Assembly (NCBI GenBank): GCA_043228905.1
Contig: JBHGNT010000001.1
Coordinates: 248,001 to 312,000 of the forward strand
Length of the DNA stretch: 64,000 bases
Direction: 5' to 3'
Source: Azolla caroliniana
Taxonomy: Eukaryota; Plantae; Polypodiophyta
Shown in pieces: positions 28,833 to 41,400 of this stretch; within the stretch, counting starts at the first letter, position 1, and every line of letters begins with the position of its first letter. The translations under genes and the position numbers were made by a program. The notes under the pieces were generated by a model. The model made no database searches. It saw nothing but the letters and a program-made list of their open reading frames with translations, and was not told where the DNA came from.

Positions 28833-31800
28833 ATGAAGAAGGAAATAGAGTCCCTTGATTCTAATGTTTTCTCTTCTTTCTCATACACTCAAAGACCCGA
28901 AAGGAGCAAGTTTGGTAGTTTAGAAACAGAGGAAGGAATAGAAGTCAAGAAGGAATTTTCAATTCAAGAAGCTGTTGCAGAAGATTTGGTTAAGCCGGAA
29001 ACTGATATAGAAGACTTCGGTATATCAACTGATGGATCTCCTCCAAATTGGCAGGAAGTAATTGATAGAATCAGGTTGGTCGTGCCCTGTTTTCATTGTT
29101 TGCTTTCTGTAAGATAAATGTTAAACGTCACTGCATGTTCTCGTGCTTCATTGAGATGCTTTCTGATTATCTGTTCGGTTTCCATTAATATGTTTTATAC
29201 CACCACACAATCTCTGTTTTCATTCTAATAATGTATATCGTAAGATCCTGTTAGTTTTCTCATTATATATTTCTGCACCAGTACTTAATTTCTGGTTTTT
29301 ATACGAATACCTAATGTCTGTTTTCATTGAGATGTTTTATAGATTCTTTTTATTCATCGAGATAATTTATACCATTACATAGTTGCTATTGTCATTAAGA
29401 TGTCATTTACAAGTAAATAATTTCAGTTTCTATGAGATGTTTTGCACCACTAGATAATCTCTTGCTTCATTAAAAAGATTTCACATTTATGTTCAATAGA
29501 GCAGGGCATCTTACATAAGTATGTTTATGGTATAAGATGTGAAATTAGATCCTTGATAAGATAAAAGAAAAATGTATGGCTTTCTATATGTTGTAGATGC
29601 TTGAATAATGGAAAAATAGATTCATCAAAATCTATATAATCATCAAACTTGAGAAATATTTATATGACCAGACACGAACGAAGTAAATTTTCTCATATCA
29701 CTATGTATATGGCTCTAAGCTGTGGGTTTGGGTAAGGACCTTGATTAATAGCTCCAATTTCAAGCTCTAAAAATAGAAATTGTATGGCTTTCTATATGCT
29801 TTAGAATCTGATCAAGCTGATTTCTCTCAAAGAAATTTTGCACCACTAATTAACCATTTCTAACAAGAAATATTTAATCAGTATTTGCTATATCACTACC
29901 TTTATGGTTCTAAGACGTTGTAAAGTTTTTTGGAGGACACAATATATTATGATAAGTTTTCTGACGTGTACACTTATGACTTGGTTTTTAGTTTGATAAG
30001 TGTCTACCTCATTTAAACATATTGTCACTTTCCTTACAAAATGGCTGAGGTTATAGTCGAGAGTTGCAAATTTATTTGTCTAACAAAGTCTTTATATGAG
30101 CAAGATAGCTACTAGTGACTTAGTAAGACTCTTGATTTAGGTCTGTAGGCTTTCATGAATGAAGTGGGAGATAGTCCATAGAGCCATAATATGCCAATAA
30201 GATATTTTTATCTTAACCTATATATCATGAATGAAGCTTTTAGCATGTTATCTGCTATGGCCATTTTTATGCAATTTTGAAACGACACTTACCTTTTGTG
30301 ATATGCAAAAAATGAATATGGTCGACTTTTTCTATGATCAATGGTAGAGAAAAGAATCATGATCTTAGTCAAAATGTTCACAGATTAATGAGAGCAAATC
30401 AAGATGCTCCTGTAGACCAAATGGGAACTCACCAGGTATATATATGTAAAAGCAGTATGGCATTTCATTATAGAGCCATTTTTATGCTAATACAATTTTT
30501 GACATGCAAAATGATTTTATTTTCAGTTGGCGGATGAAGATACAGATCAGAAAACACAACAGTTCCATTTACTTATAGCAGCTATGATAAGCTCTCAAAC
30601 TAGAGATGCAGTGACTTCAGCTGCAATGATGCGACTTCGTAAATTTCCTGGCGGTCTCACCACCCATAACCTCAGTAGAAACGAAGTCACAGTTGACCAA
30701 CTTGCAGATATTCTAAAGCCAGTTGGCTTTTACAAGTGTATTTCTTGCTCTCAAATTTACTAAATACTGAAATTCCTCATTATTTTCTGTAAATGTATGC
30801 AAAGAGCCCTATATTAGGTCTGTATGTGCGCTTATTGGTTCCTGAATTGTGAGCTATTTTCTTGAGTTTGGAATTGTAGCCTAGTAATACCAGCATTGAA
30901 AATGGGAACGGAACCTAAAGTATAAATTAATGTTGAAGAGTGAGCTATTTGATTTCGTTTTCTTTGATAATGAGGAATTTGTCATCCATATATAATTGTT
31001 ACTACATTCATGTGGATTACAGAAATGCTGATATGTAACTAATGATCATAACCAAGGATGAAACAAACTAGAAACATGATGAATGCATCACTGTAACAGT
31101 GATTTGGAAGGATAGACATGATAAGTAGCCAAGAAGATTAGCACTAAGTGACGATTGAAAAGCTGGAAGATATACTAAACATAGAAGATGCTAGAAATCT
31201 AAACTATTTATCTGATTTATTTATTTTATTCTATAGGCAAAAGGCAAAATATTTGAAGACAATAGCAGAGAAGCTGACATCTCCTCCTTATAATGGCTCA
31301 GTGCCTTCTACACTGGATGAATTGGTATGCGTGCAAATAGCATCTTTTATGCTGAAATATATTGGGGATGCGTTAAAAACTCAAATAAATCATTAACTAT
31401 ATTGATTAAGAGTTTATGTAAAAGCTGATATATGAACTGTGGTGTATCTTTGTGCATTGATGCAATGCATATGGAATCTATATCATGTAGCCCATTCTAT
31501 ACGTTTGATGCTCAGGTTTAGTCTGGTTGAGTAATGTCTATACTTACAGTATTGGAAAAAATAAATTTGCTGTCTGGAAAATTCAATCTTTTTTCCCCTG
31601 TTTGGGAGGTGAATGATGACCATCCCTCTTTGCCTATTGGATAATAAAACTTCCCCATTTTATTTTGATTCACTGCTTGTTCTATAAAGAAATAACTGCT
31701 AAGCATAATGTTTAGTAAGTAGCATCATAAGTTTGAAGTATATGGTGCTTTTCTTATGTCATTGCCATCAATTAAATCTGATTGTAAAATATTGCTCTTG

Positions 31801-34800
31801 TATGAATAACATTTCTCTTGTTGTGGTAAGTCTTGTGAGACTTATGTTATGTACCAAAATCACATTTTTTCCTTTTTATTTTGTGATTTTACAGCTAAAA
31901 CTTCCAGGTGTTGGACCAAAGGTTGGTCTTTTGGTTCTTTGGGTTGCCTTTGGAAGGTATGTTACTTCCAATTCATTTGGAGTTCTTTATGCATAATAAA
32001 ATAAAGCATTAGACATTACCTCACTAATGCTGGTTATATACCTCTTTTGTATGCGTCCATTATTTTAATGCATATCTTTTCTCGAATTTAGCTTCTCAAG
32101 CAATCAAATCTGCGTGTTTTAAATGATAAGCAACATAGTGCTCATCAATATGCTTATTACTCATCAATATCTACAGACTATACTTGGAACTGAGGTTCGT
32201 CTTGAAATCATTTTCAAACATTCATAATGTGAGCTTTCATATGACACGCTACATAGATGTCATTTTGTGAACTTTTGCTTTTAAATTATGTTTGTGTCTC
32301 ATAAATGTTAATTAAGCTTTGCTCAGCCCTGAGGTGTTCACTGAAAACACTCGGGTCTTTCCAAAACACTCAAAACCTGACTGTTTTAAATAACAAGCAA
32401 TCTATAGGAACTTTTTGTACAATCTGCTTGTTTTTTGTAAATGTCTATTATGCTACTGTGGGAGTCTATCCTCTTTTTCTCAAACACGTAAAATCAGAGT
32501 GTTTTAATTACAACTATCAATGTGTTTCTTGATGTTTAACAGATTAAATGGTTGCTTTTACAGAGGGGAGGAAGGTTTCATTGTTGATACAAATGTTAGA
32601 AGAGTTTGTTGTAGATTGGGTTGGGCTCGGGAAGGCTCCAATCCAGCACAAGTGAAGGCATTGCTTGAACCCTGGCTTCCTAAAAGTTTGTGGGCAGAAC
32701 TAAGTTTCTTGTTTGTCGGCTTCGGCCAGCAGGTATACATACATTTATAAAACTTTCTCTTTTCTTTGGAGAAGGAAATTAACCAATAAACACTCTTTGC
32801 ATGAGTTTGAAATCTTTCCAATGCATCTGCCATATTTATATTATACAATTTAATGCCTCCACTAACATCTAGTCTCATATACTATAGATTCAAGGAAAAG
32901 TATGAATACTAAGTAAAAAGAAAATAGCCAAAATTAATATGAAAGACTAACAAAAAGAAAAGAAATAGAAACACACTTTGCATGAGATGGAAACACTAAA
33001 AGAGAAAAGATAGGTAATGAAAACTAAAATAGTAAAATGGAAAATAAATAACAAATATCAAACCAGAAAAGGAAAAGACAAGCAACTAGTTCAGAAAGGA
33101 GAGAACCACCATAAAGTTTATCAAAAGAAGAATCGATATGTCTAGGGGACCTTTTGTGCCAGGGGGGATGCAGTTGTAGTTTTTCCATGGCAACAATTTC
33201 GAATGACTAAAACATGAGTTAAGGAAATGCCATATTGCGTGGAACTTCATGAGGATGAACTACACAAGGTTGCCCAATCATTGTGAGGACGTTTGGATGG
33301 AAACCACTGGCAACTCCCAACTGTATCCTACATGTTGGGATTGTGTTACAATTAACAGATTGGAAGAGAAATGCACATGTGAAATCTCTGACCTGGACCT
33401 AAGCCCAGACGTTATGATTAAAGTATTTTGCAAGAACTCCCCAAAATGTTGTTTCAATTGAAGGCAAGTGGATCATCAAACCAGGCAATGCTCATATAGG
33501 AGACTAAGAAATAAGAAAGAGCAAGAATGAAGAGAACCTCAATCCAAATGAGAAAGAAGAAAATGGAAATCAGTGAAATGAAAGAGAATCAGAACAGCAA
33601 AGGTCCTCATCTCAAAATGTAGCCTAGATCAACAAGTTTGAGTTCTTAAATAAATCTAGCTATGAGGAAGTGGATGCCAATGTCATGGAGTCTCCCTGTA
33701 GTAGAGGAATTCTATCACTGAGTGGAGAGGGACGAACCCACTAGCCCTCCAGGGGTTTTCAAATGCAAGAGGGTCAAGGTAATTGAAGATATAATTACCC
33801 TCCTTGTGAAAGAGATGGACTCCTTTGACCAAGAGAGTTACCCTTGGCAATCACAAGCTTATATAGGTATGAGAGTGTCAATTGGACAAATCACTTCCAA
33901 GGATGAACGTGGTAAACCACCAGGCTCTGATGGCATTAATGTTACTATATGACACCACCCTTAATAGAAGAACTGGTAATTAATAAACGTTTTGTGTGTG
34001 CCATCAGGCTCTCCCTGGTGAAGAGAGCAAATAGGGCCCTGGAAAGAAGCTTCAAAGTATGATGGATCACATACATGCATCTTATTCCCCTAGACCAAGC
34101 TCATCTAGTGCCTTTGCATTCCCTGTGGGCACTTTCCTTATGCAAAAGCAACATTGGGATTGGCTGATCTAAAAATTTGAAACACTAAGAAGTTATTGGA
34201 GTGTAAAATGCATGAGTCGTTAACCTGGATATAGACGCGTGTTCTAAAAAAGAGGGCGAACTAGGAATCCTTGAGATTTTACAACTGGCGTGTAAACTAA
34301 CAATCAGAGAGCCATTCATCACTTCAAAGAGACCAGGCTCAGCCATAACGAGGAACTTTCAATTGATTAGTTGGACACTCAACTCTCATGGATGGGGCTA
34401 CCTTGGTAAGGCACTTCTCTTCTGTGATAAAGAGTTGACTTTATGGAAATCCATGTAAAACTAATGGCCGGAAGTGAAGGATAATACGTTACAATGAGGA
34501 GCTAGTCCTATTGTCCAACCATCACATCTAATCACAAGCATGCCTGAGGCCTATCTAAGAATGGGTTGGATACATGGACAATCTATGGTATAACAACAAC
34601 ACCCAAGGTTGAATCCCTCATCCAATTGTTAAAGCTTGATATAATCTAAAATTCTTGCAGATTGATACATCCAAGATGGAAAAAAGATGCAGGGAATCTA
34701 AAGAAAGGTAGCATCATAAAAACCTGCAGTTCCGATGGGCTCTAAATTGCTGAAGTAATTAATGAGACAGATCTTAGTTGAGGGCTGGATATATCCTTGA

Positions 34801-35656
34801 GGGGATCAATGTGTAAAGGTAAAGTTCAATGACTGTGGGGGAATCAGATTAATTTTCACTGAACGTGAATTGATATAAATGGTAGTCCAACCTTCAACCA
34901 AAGGTCAGACGTTTCAATGGGAGCTCTTGTATTAGGATTTATGAACACTATCAAAAGCCAACTGGGTTTGGAGCCAAAGCCATGTAATGATATAACATCT
35001 TTCAACCTGGCGTTGGTGGTGCCCTGAGCTGGAAAAGATAATTTAGCCGTTATACATCTCTTGTACAGCATGTTGAGAACAAGAAGATCAGTGTTTGACC
35101 ATAGCTTTTGGGGAGAAGAAGATGCTGATATTAGAACAGGCTCTCTTATCATCACCACAGAAATGGCTTTGCCAAAACAATTGTGCCATGGAAAACAGTT
35201 GGGTGGCACCAGTCTAAATAACTTCAGCCGGGGGTGGCGCACACTGCACGCTGGCTGAAGATGCAATATATTGGTTTAAATACCTTTTAATTAATATAAA
35301 ACCACTTTAAGTAAAAAGTAAGAACACGCAAACACGGTTGCTTTTAAATGAAAATACTAACATAACATATTGGTTTTAAATACCTCTTAATTAATACAAA
35401 ATCACTTTAAGAGGAAATGGAAAAATAATCAATCACAGAAGTTTTTAAAAGAAAATAATAATATTGTACGCCATTTGAGTTAGTATGTTTCATTTCTTTA
35501 TGAGTTCAAGGAGATTGTTTAATAACCTCTTTTGACCAGGTATGCAAACCTATGAAGCCACGATGTGATAGATGTACAGTGAATAGTTTGTGTCCTAGTG
35601 CATCCCGTGATGTAAATTGGACACCAAAAAAGAGGAATGGAAAACGGAAGAGATGA
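28833..35656 (+). CDS. NTH1: Endonuclease III homologue (NTH1-like HhH-GPD DNA glycosylase/AP lyase with 4Fe-4S cluster), 7 coding exons
   Basis: Exons 28833(or 28749)-29074, 30384-30435, 30527-30735, 31237-31324, 31895-31956, 32564-32732 and 35540-35656. Motifs: PPNW..V...IR, APVDQMG, SSQTRDAVT, HhH LKLPGVGPK, VDTNV, GFGQQVC, Fe-S C-x6-C-x2-C-x5-C, and a basic tail KKRNGKRKR*. The start codon is uncertain. Confidence 0.88.
33100..35270 (+). mobile_element. Highly degenerate L1-like LINE remnant in NTH1 last intron
   Basis: Broken frames include CSKKEGELGIL at about 34240-34272 (plant L1 ORF2 C.PK.EGGLGI motif) and WLCQNN near 35164 (IW..RN-like terminal motif). Boundaries are approximate. 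Confidence 0.55.
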
Positions 35657-36920
35657 GTTTTTCCATTTGGAAAAGGTTATATTTTAAGGCATATTTGCCA
35701 CATTTTGTATAGGCCTACATTAATGATGACCACACCTAATATGTAATCCTGCAGAAACTTTAAAATGTAAACTTCTTTTTAATTGGAACTGAATTTTTTT
35801 GATCATTATTTTTGTCAGACATTGTGATGTCCTCGCTTAACTTTATTGTTGAATCAAAGGACATTTAAAGGTACTCGTGACGTGGGTTAATTTTATTTAA
35901 GGTCAATGTATCTCATCGAAGCATATCATAAATATACACAACATAGCCATTGTATTATGTAAATTTTTTACATGGTATTTGAAGCATAATCTAGAGATTC
36001 CATATCAATTGAATATGCTATTGTTATTATGCATCTGGTTGGCTTAATTTGTTAAGCTTTAATAGCTCACCTTTATTCAATTAATCTCTCATGTTAATGA
36101 TATTTACTCAGCCTTCAGGTGTAGTGCTTCCATGAGATGTTGCGTTCATAATCAGCATTTTTAGTGTGTGTGAGAGATATCTCACATAAACTACGAAGAA
36201 TTGAAGGGATGCAAGCCTCATGCATAAGCAAGTACAATCTAAAATTAGAAATGGAAAACCTCTTGGGGAGGTAAAGCTTTTCCTTTTCGTTCAAAAATGA
36301 AATCTATAGCATATTTTGCGAAGCATTAATTGGCTAGTTAACTCTCAAATACAAGCGTTTATTTGCCATTGCCCATTAAGGAGTATTTTGAAGGGTATCA
36401 ACCGCCTATCCTTAAATGTTAATACATGAAGAAGTACTAATTTCCACCAAAGCAAAAAATGTAGGGACATTCGAGGCGTAATATAACAGTGTCTACCATG
36501 CTACTTAGTTTTGTCTCTTACGATTGGCATTCCAAACAAGAAATAAGCTTATCAATGGAAGACAACCAACACTTGATCACACATTCAACGCCTAACAAGC
36601 GTGTTGGTGGTGGGGGTGTTCACTTGTCGATGGCAAACAATGTTTTTTCATTAACATGTGATATATGTCTCCTATTGATCCCCCCAACCAATCCCCACTT
36701 TTGAGATCTGAAATAAACATATACACCAATGCCACAAATGTGCAATATGCTTTTGTCGATTGTGGGGCTTTGCAACTGTGCATGCATTTGCTTGGGTGCC
36801 CGCCAGTGCCCGCGACAATGATAACATCCAATCATAGATTTTGAAACATATAAAGAAAAGAATTAAAGAGTTGCGGCCTAATGCCGTCATTATCAATCAT
36901 CATCGTTATAATTTCATGAA

Positions 36921-36970
<50 letters not shown>
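36921..36970. repeat. (CT)n(CA)n microsatellite upstream of the F-box start
   Basis: Direct reading. Confidence 0.9.
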
Positions 36971-36974
<4 letters not shown>

Positions 36975-37070
36975 TCTTTACAATCGAGAGATCCTTCCTA
37001 TTGGAAAGGCCCGACCCAAATTTGTATGTATCTTTTCTTTAGCTCTGCAACTGTAAAGCCACGATCGACG

Positions 37071-38375
37071 ATGGTGTCAGGAGGAGGAGGAGGAGGAGAC
37101 GAAGAAGAAGTAGTCGAAGAGGAAGAGGAAAGTGGTCGTCTCTTGAGCCTCCCTCTGGATCCTCTCCTCACTCTCCTCTCCTTCCTAGATCCTAAAGACC
37201 TCTTACAACTGGCCTCATCATGCAGCTTCCTTCGTCGGGTAGCTCACTCAGATTGCCTCTGGATGGCACACTGCGGACACTACAAGAATTTGATTGACCT
37301 TCCCAGTTGGCGATCCAGGGTTGATTCGGCTGCCGCCCTCTTCCGGCTCCTCTCCTCATTCTCCCGTTTTGTTGGCCTGTGGACAGCCAAAGGTCAAGAG
37401 CCCCGTGGGAGCCTGCTCTATGTCACATGGGTATACACTCCAATAGACACATACATACATACATACATACATACATACATACATACATACATACATGCCT
37501 TCTTTTATCTGTGTTTTGTTTTTGGCTTTTTCACGAGCCTGTGTGATATAGGCTATGGGCTACGTGTATATTGCTTTCCCTTTTTTATGTCATCCCGCCG
37601 CGTCCTTATAAAAATTCCATTGTTTCTTACACTCAATTCGAAAAAGTCCATTGACTTTACAAGGTTTATCAATACAGAAGGGAAACTCCTATAAATTTTA
37701 AAAATTGAGGATCAAAGGGTGTCCACATGATAATTGATATATATAAACGACAAGAGTGCCCAATCTGGGAAAGTGACATGAACTTTCAAATTGCTGGTAC
37801 CTTTGGTGTTCGTACAAACAAGTTAAAAATGGGTTGTCGGCTTTGTAAATTTATGTTCAGATTGTTATATAGTGTTTATTTACACATATGTTGGACAAAG
37901 TATGATGAAATGGGAATGATCTTGTTCTGCAGGGAAGTTTATCATTGGTTGCATACAATGTATTTTCTTCTAATACAGGTAACGTTCCTTACATTTGCAA
38001 TTTAAAGGTTTATATTAGGACAATTTTACTCGTCTAAGTAACATACTTGACAATTTGAGGTATTAAAGTTGCTTAACTTGCCTTGATCTTAAATACAATA
38101 CACTACATCAATGCTCAAGCTAAGCAATTTCAAGTATTAATTGCATAACTTGCCTTGATCTTAACTATAATGCACCACATCAATGCGCAATCTCATATTT
38201 CTTTGCATGTTTCAACTTGAAAAATTGAGGTATTAAGTTGACATGTAGGCATGTGCTAACTGATGTCTATGAGTTTATGAGTGTGGGTGGATGATTATGT
38301 CTAGCATGTGTTGTGTAATATATATAGGAACTGCAATACAACACAGCGCCTAACACATACATAACACAAACTGTG

Positions 38376-38418
<43 letters not shown>

Positions 38419-41400
38419 TTTGTGTGGTGTATTAACCTGGTTTAATTTCTATTTGTGTGTTAATGGATGTCAAATGCCCTGGGGGCAATAATATGATTAA
38501 TTCATATGATATCCTATCATTTCTGTATGGATATAAATTGGTTGAAAGCTTATGAATGTAAATGATTTTATCAAGCATGTGAGCTTATTGGATTCATGAA
38601 GCCCAACAAAGAATTATCTTGCTTCAGTTCCACCTTCATTTTTTGCATGCTCTCAATTTCAATTGTCTTGTTAGATTTGTGGATTAGTATCTTTTCGTTT
38701 GCAAGTGAAAATGGTTGTTTGCTATCTTTACAGATGTGCTGCAGCGAAGACGAGTCTTTGAGGCTGTGGGCCAAAGGAATGGCTCTTTCAATGTGGAGAT
38801 TTTCAGCAATGACGCTTGTTTGACCGGAAAGCTTTTATGGACCTCACAAAGTGCGTCAGAGTTCACTCTAGAAGCGCACAAACTCTATGATGGTAGCACT
38901 CCAAGGGTAAATTGATTGAGCATTATAGTCTGCTAATTTTCATTTCACTTTTTGGAAGTGTGGGTTTATTTAAAGGTGCATTGCATTGTAATGGTATATA
39001 TATGCATCTTTCTAAAGATGGCATGCACATGCAATGCAAACATCAATATGGAGACTTATCTGTTTATTAAAAAAAGTACCTTTGCATGCTTGTATTAACC
39101 ATTCCAATTTTCCGTTTGTCTTTCAGACATACATTCCTATGATTTTCACAAGATCTTGGTGGACATACTTTTTTCTTCAAGCTATTAGTTATCATGATCA
39201 TTACTTTATCTTACTGCATTGTATACATCATTATCTAAAGCAAACATGTCGATGAACCTTGTGTAGTTATACATAGAAGTTCAGATCATATGGTAAGGAT
39301 TTTATGTTTCTCTCTACCAACTGAATTCCATAAATCTAGAATTTTAGAAAAGTATGATAAGGTATACCATACCCTTTTGCCCAAAGTCAGGTATGTATTC
39401 TCAAAAAGATACCTTCAACTTGCAGTCTCATGACTTTATTCATTGACTGAAGAAAGTTTGAGTTCTATTGAATTATATTAAACTTCTGTGAACCTCTGGC
39501 AGAACTATGCCATTAGAATTGTGTAATGATATGATCATGCAATCTTCGGATGATAGCCATGTGCTCTTGGTAAATGAGACCACTTTGTCATTCTACTTGG
39601 CTGATATGGAAATTAGAGTTATCAGTGGGCCTGGTAAATCAGATTACATGGAACTTCGATAGACAATAAATTTCTTTATGTTTTTCAATTCTTTGCTTGC
39701 TTCTCATGCTAAGAGGATATTGAGAAGTGGATATTATAAACAGATGGTCTTGGTAAATGAGACCACTTTGTCATTCTACTAGGCGGATATGGAATTTAGA
39801 GTTATCAGTGGGCCTGGTAAATCAGATTACATGTAACGTTGATAGACAATAAATTTCTGTATGCTTTGCCATCCTTTGCGTTCTCATGCTAAGAGGATAT
39901 TATCCAGGATTTCATTGTTCTTTTTCAGGATCATCTCTATCAATCTTTTGATGAGGTGGAGATAATCTCCACGCTGCAAAGGCCTGTTCAAGCTTTTGGA
40001 CATGATAACTCGTCCATGACATAGTAGATTACATTTTAGTTTTAGCTTATAATCAACTTGTCTTTTTTTATGAATGAGATATCACGTAATATAGTGAAAC
40101 CTTGGGCTCTACAGAGATGTTGATATCATTTTTCTTCCTTTCTTCGGCATAATGTTGTGAGACATCATTGTGGTGGACAGATTACTATAGATCCTCTCTT
40201 TATTGTTACATGTGCTTCTCACTTCTTGCAATTGCTGAGTCATACAGTTCACAGAAGTTTGTTGATTCTCTCTTTATCCTATACATCTATTCTATGCGCT
40301 GCGTAGTGTGATAGGGCAGCTGCGAACTTCATCACATCAGCTACAGATTGAGGTAGGCAGATATACACGACTACCTCTAGAAGAGAGAATTTGCCAATTG
40401 TGTCATCAAGGAGTGGAATCTGAAGAACACTATGTTTGTCATTGTAGTATCTTTTATGAAATCAGAGGGAGATACCATTGCCTCTTTAAACAAGGCTTTG
40501 GCCCACTACGCAAGGTAATGGAATATGAGGACCAACGATGCCTAGGACTTTTCTTGCTAGAGCTCAAGAGACATCGGGAAAAATTGTTGAAGAATACAGC
40601 CACACAAAGTCATCCACAAAGAACAATCACAACTTTCTTTAGCCCCATCACTCCTAATGCTACAAGTCAACCCCGGGATACACAAATGGGCTTCAGACTA
40701 GGACATAACAAAGGGGTTACAATTGATCGGGCAAAGGCAATTTGCAGTGCACGTAGGCCTCGGCCCCATGGACCACGACCTTGACACCCTTGTCATCGAC
40801 AGATAAAAGCCATTATCTCCCGCCATCGTAGGTGCTTCCCTTGCTTCGGAGACATTTCCATTCTGGATTGACCTATGCCAGAGATATTTCGAAGACAAAA
40901 GCTACAATACACCTAACTTGAGGATCTCACATGTGCCAAAAACCAGATTCCCTCATTAATTTTCTTTTCATGTTATTTACTTTGTTATTTATTTTATTTT
41001 GATTTGTTCTCAAACACTTAAGATGTAATCTCTTATTTGGTTTTCTAGGCCGTTTTGGCCTCTTAAAAGACGTTAAAATATCTTTCTTTCTTTCATTCAA
41101 TCATTCTTTATAGATCCTCTCTTTATCTATCTTTCCTTCCCGTCTGCCTTTGCGCATTGGAGTCTGACCTCTCTTATCGACTTATATGATCCTTAATAAT
41201 TTGTCATGGAGAATCTATTCCAGGGGTTCCATTTTGCTCATTGCCAAGTATTAATTTAATTGCAGACAAGGATGTTCTTCCCAATGTTTTGAATGTACAG
41301 ATGGGTTTGGATTAGCTAAGTTGTAGTTGGATATTGCGTTAGAGAAGGTGTATGATTATTTGAGTTGGTATTTTAAGCTTGGCTGACGATCTATTTGGGA

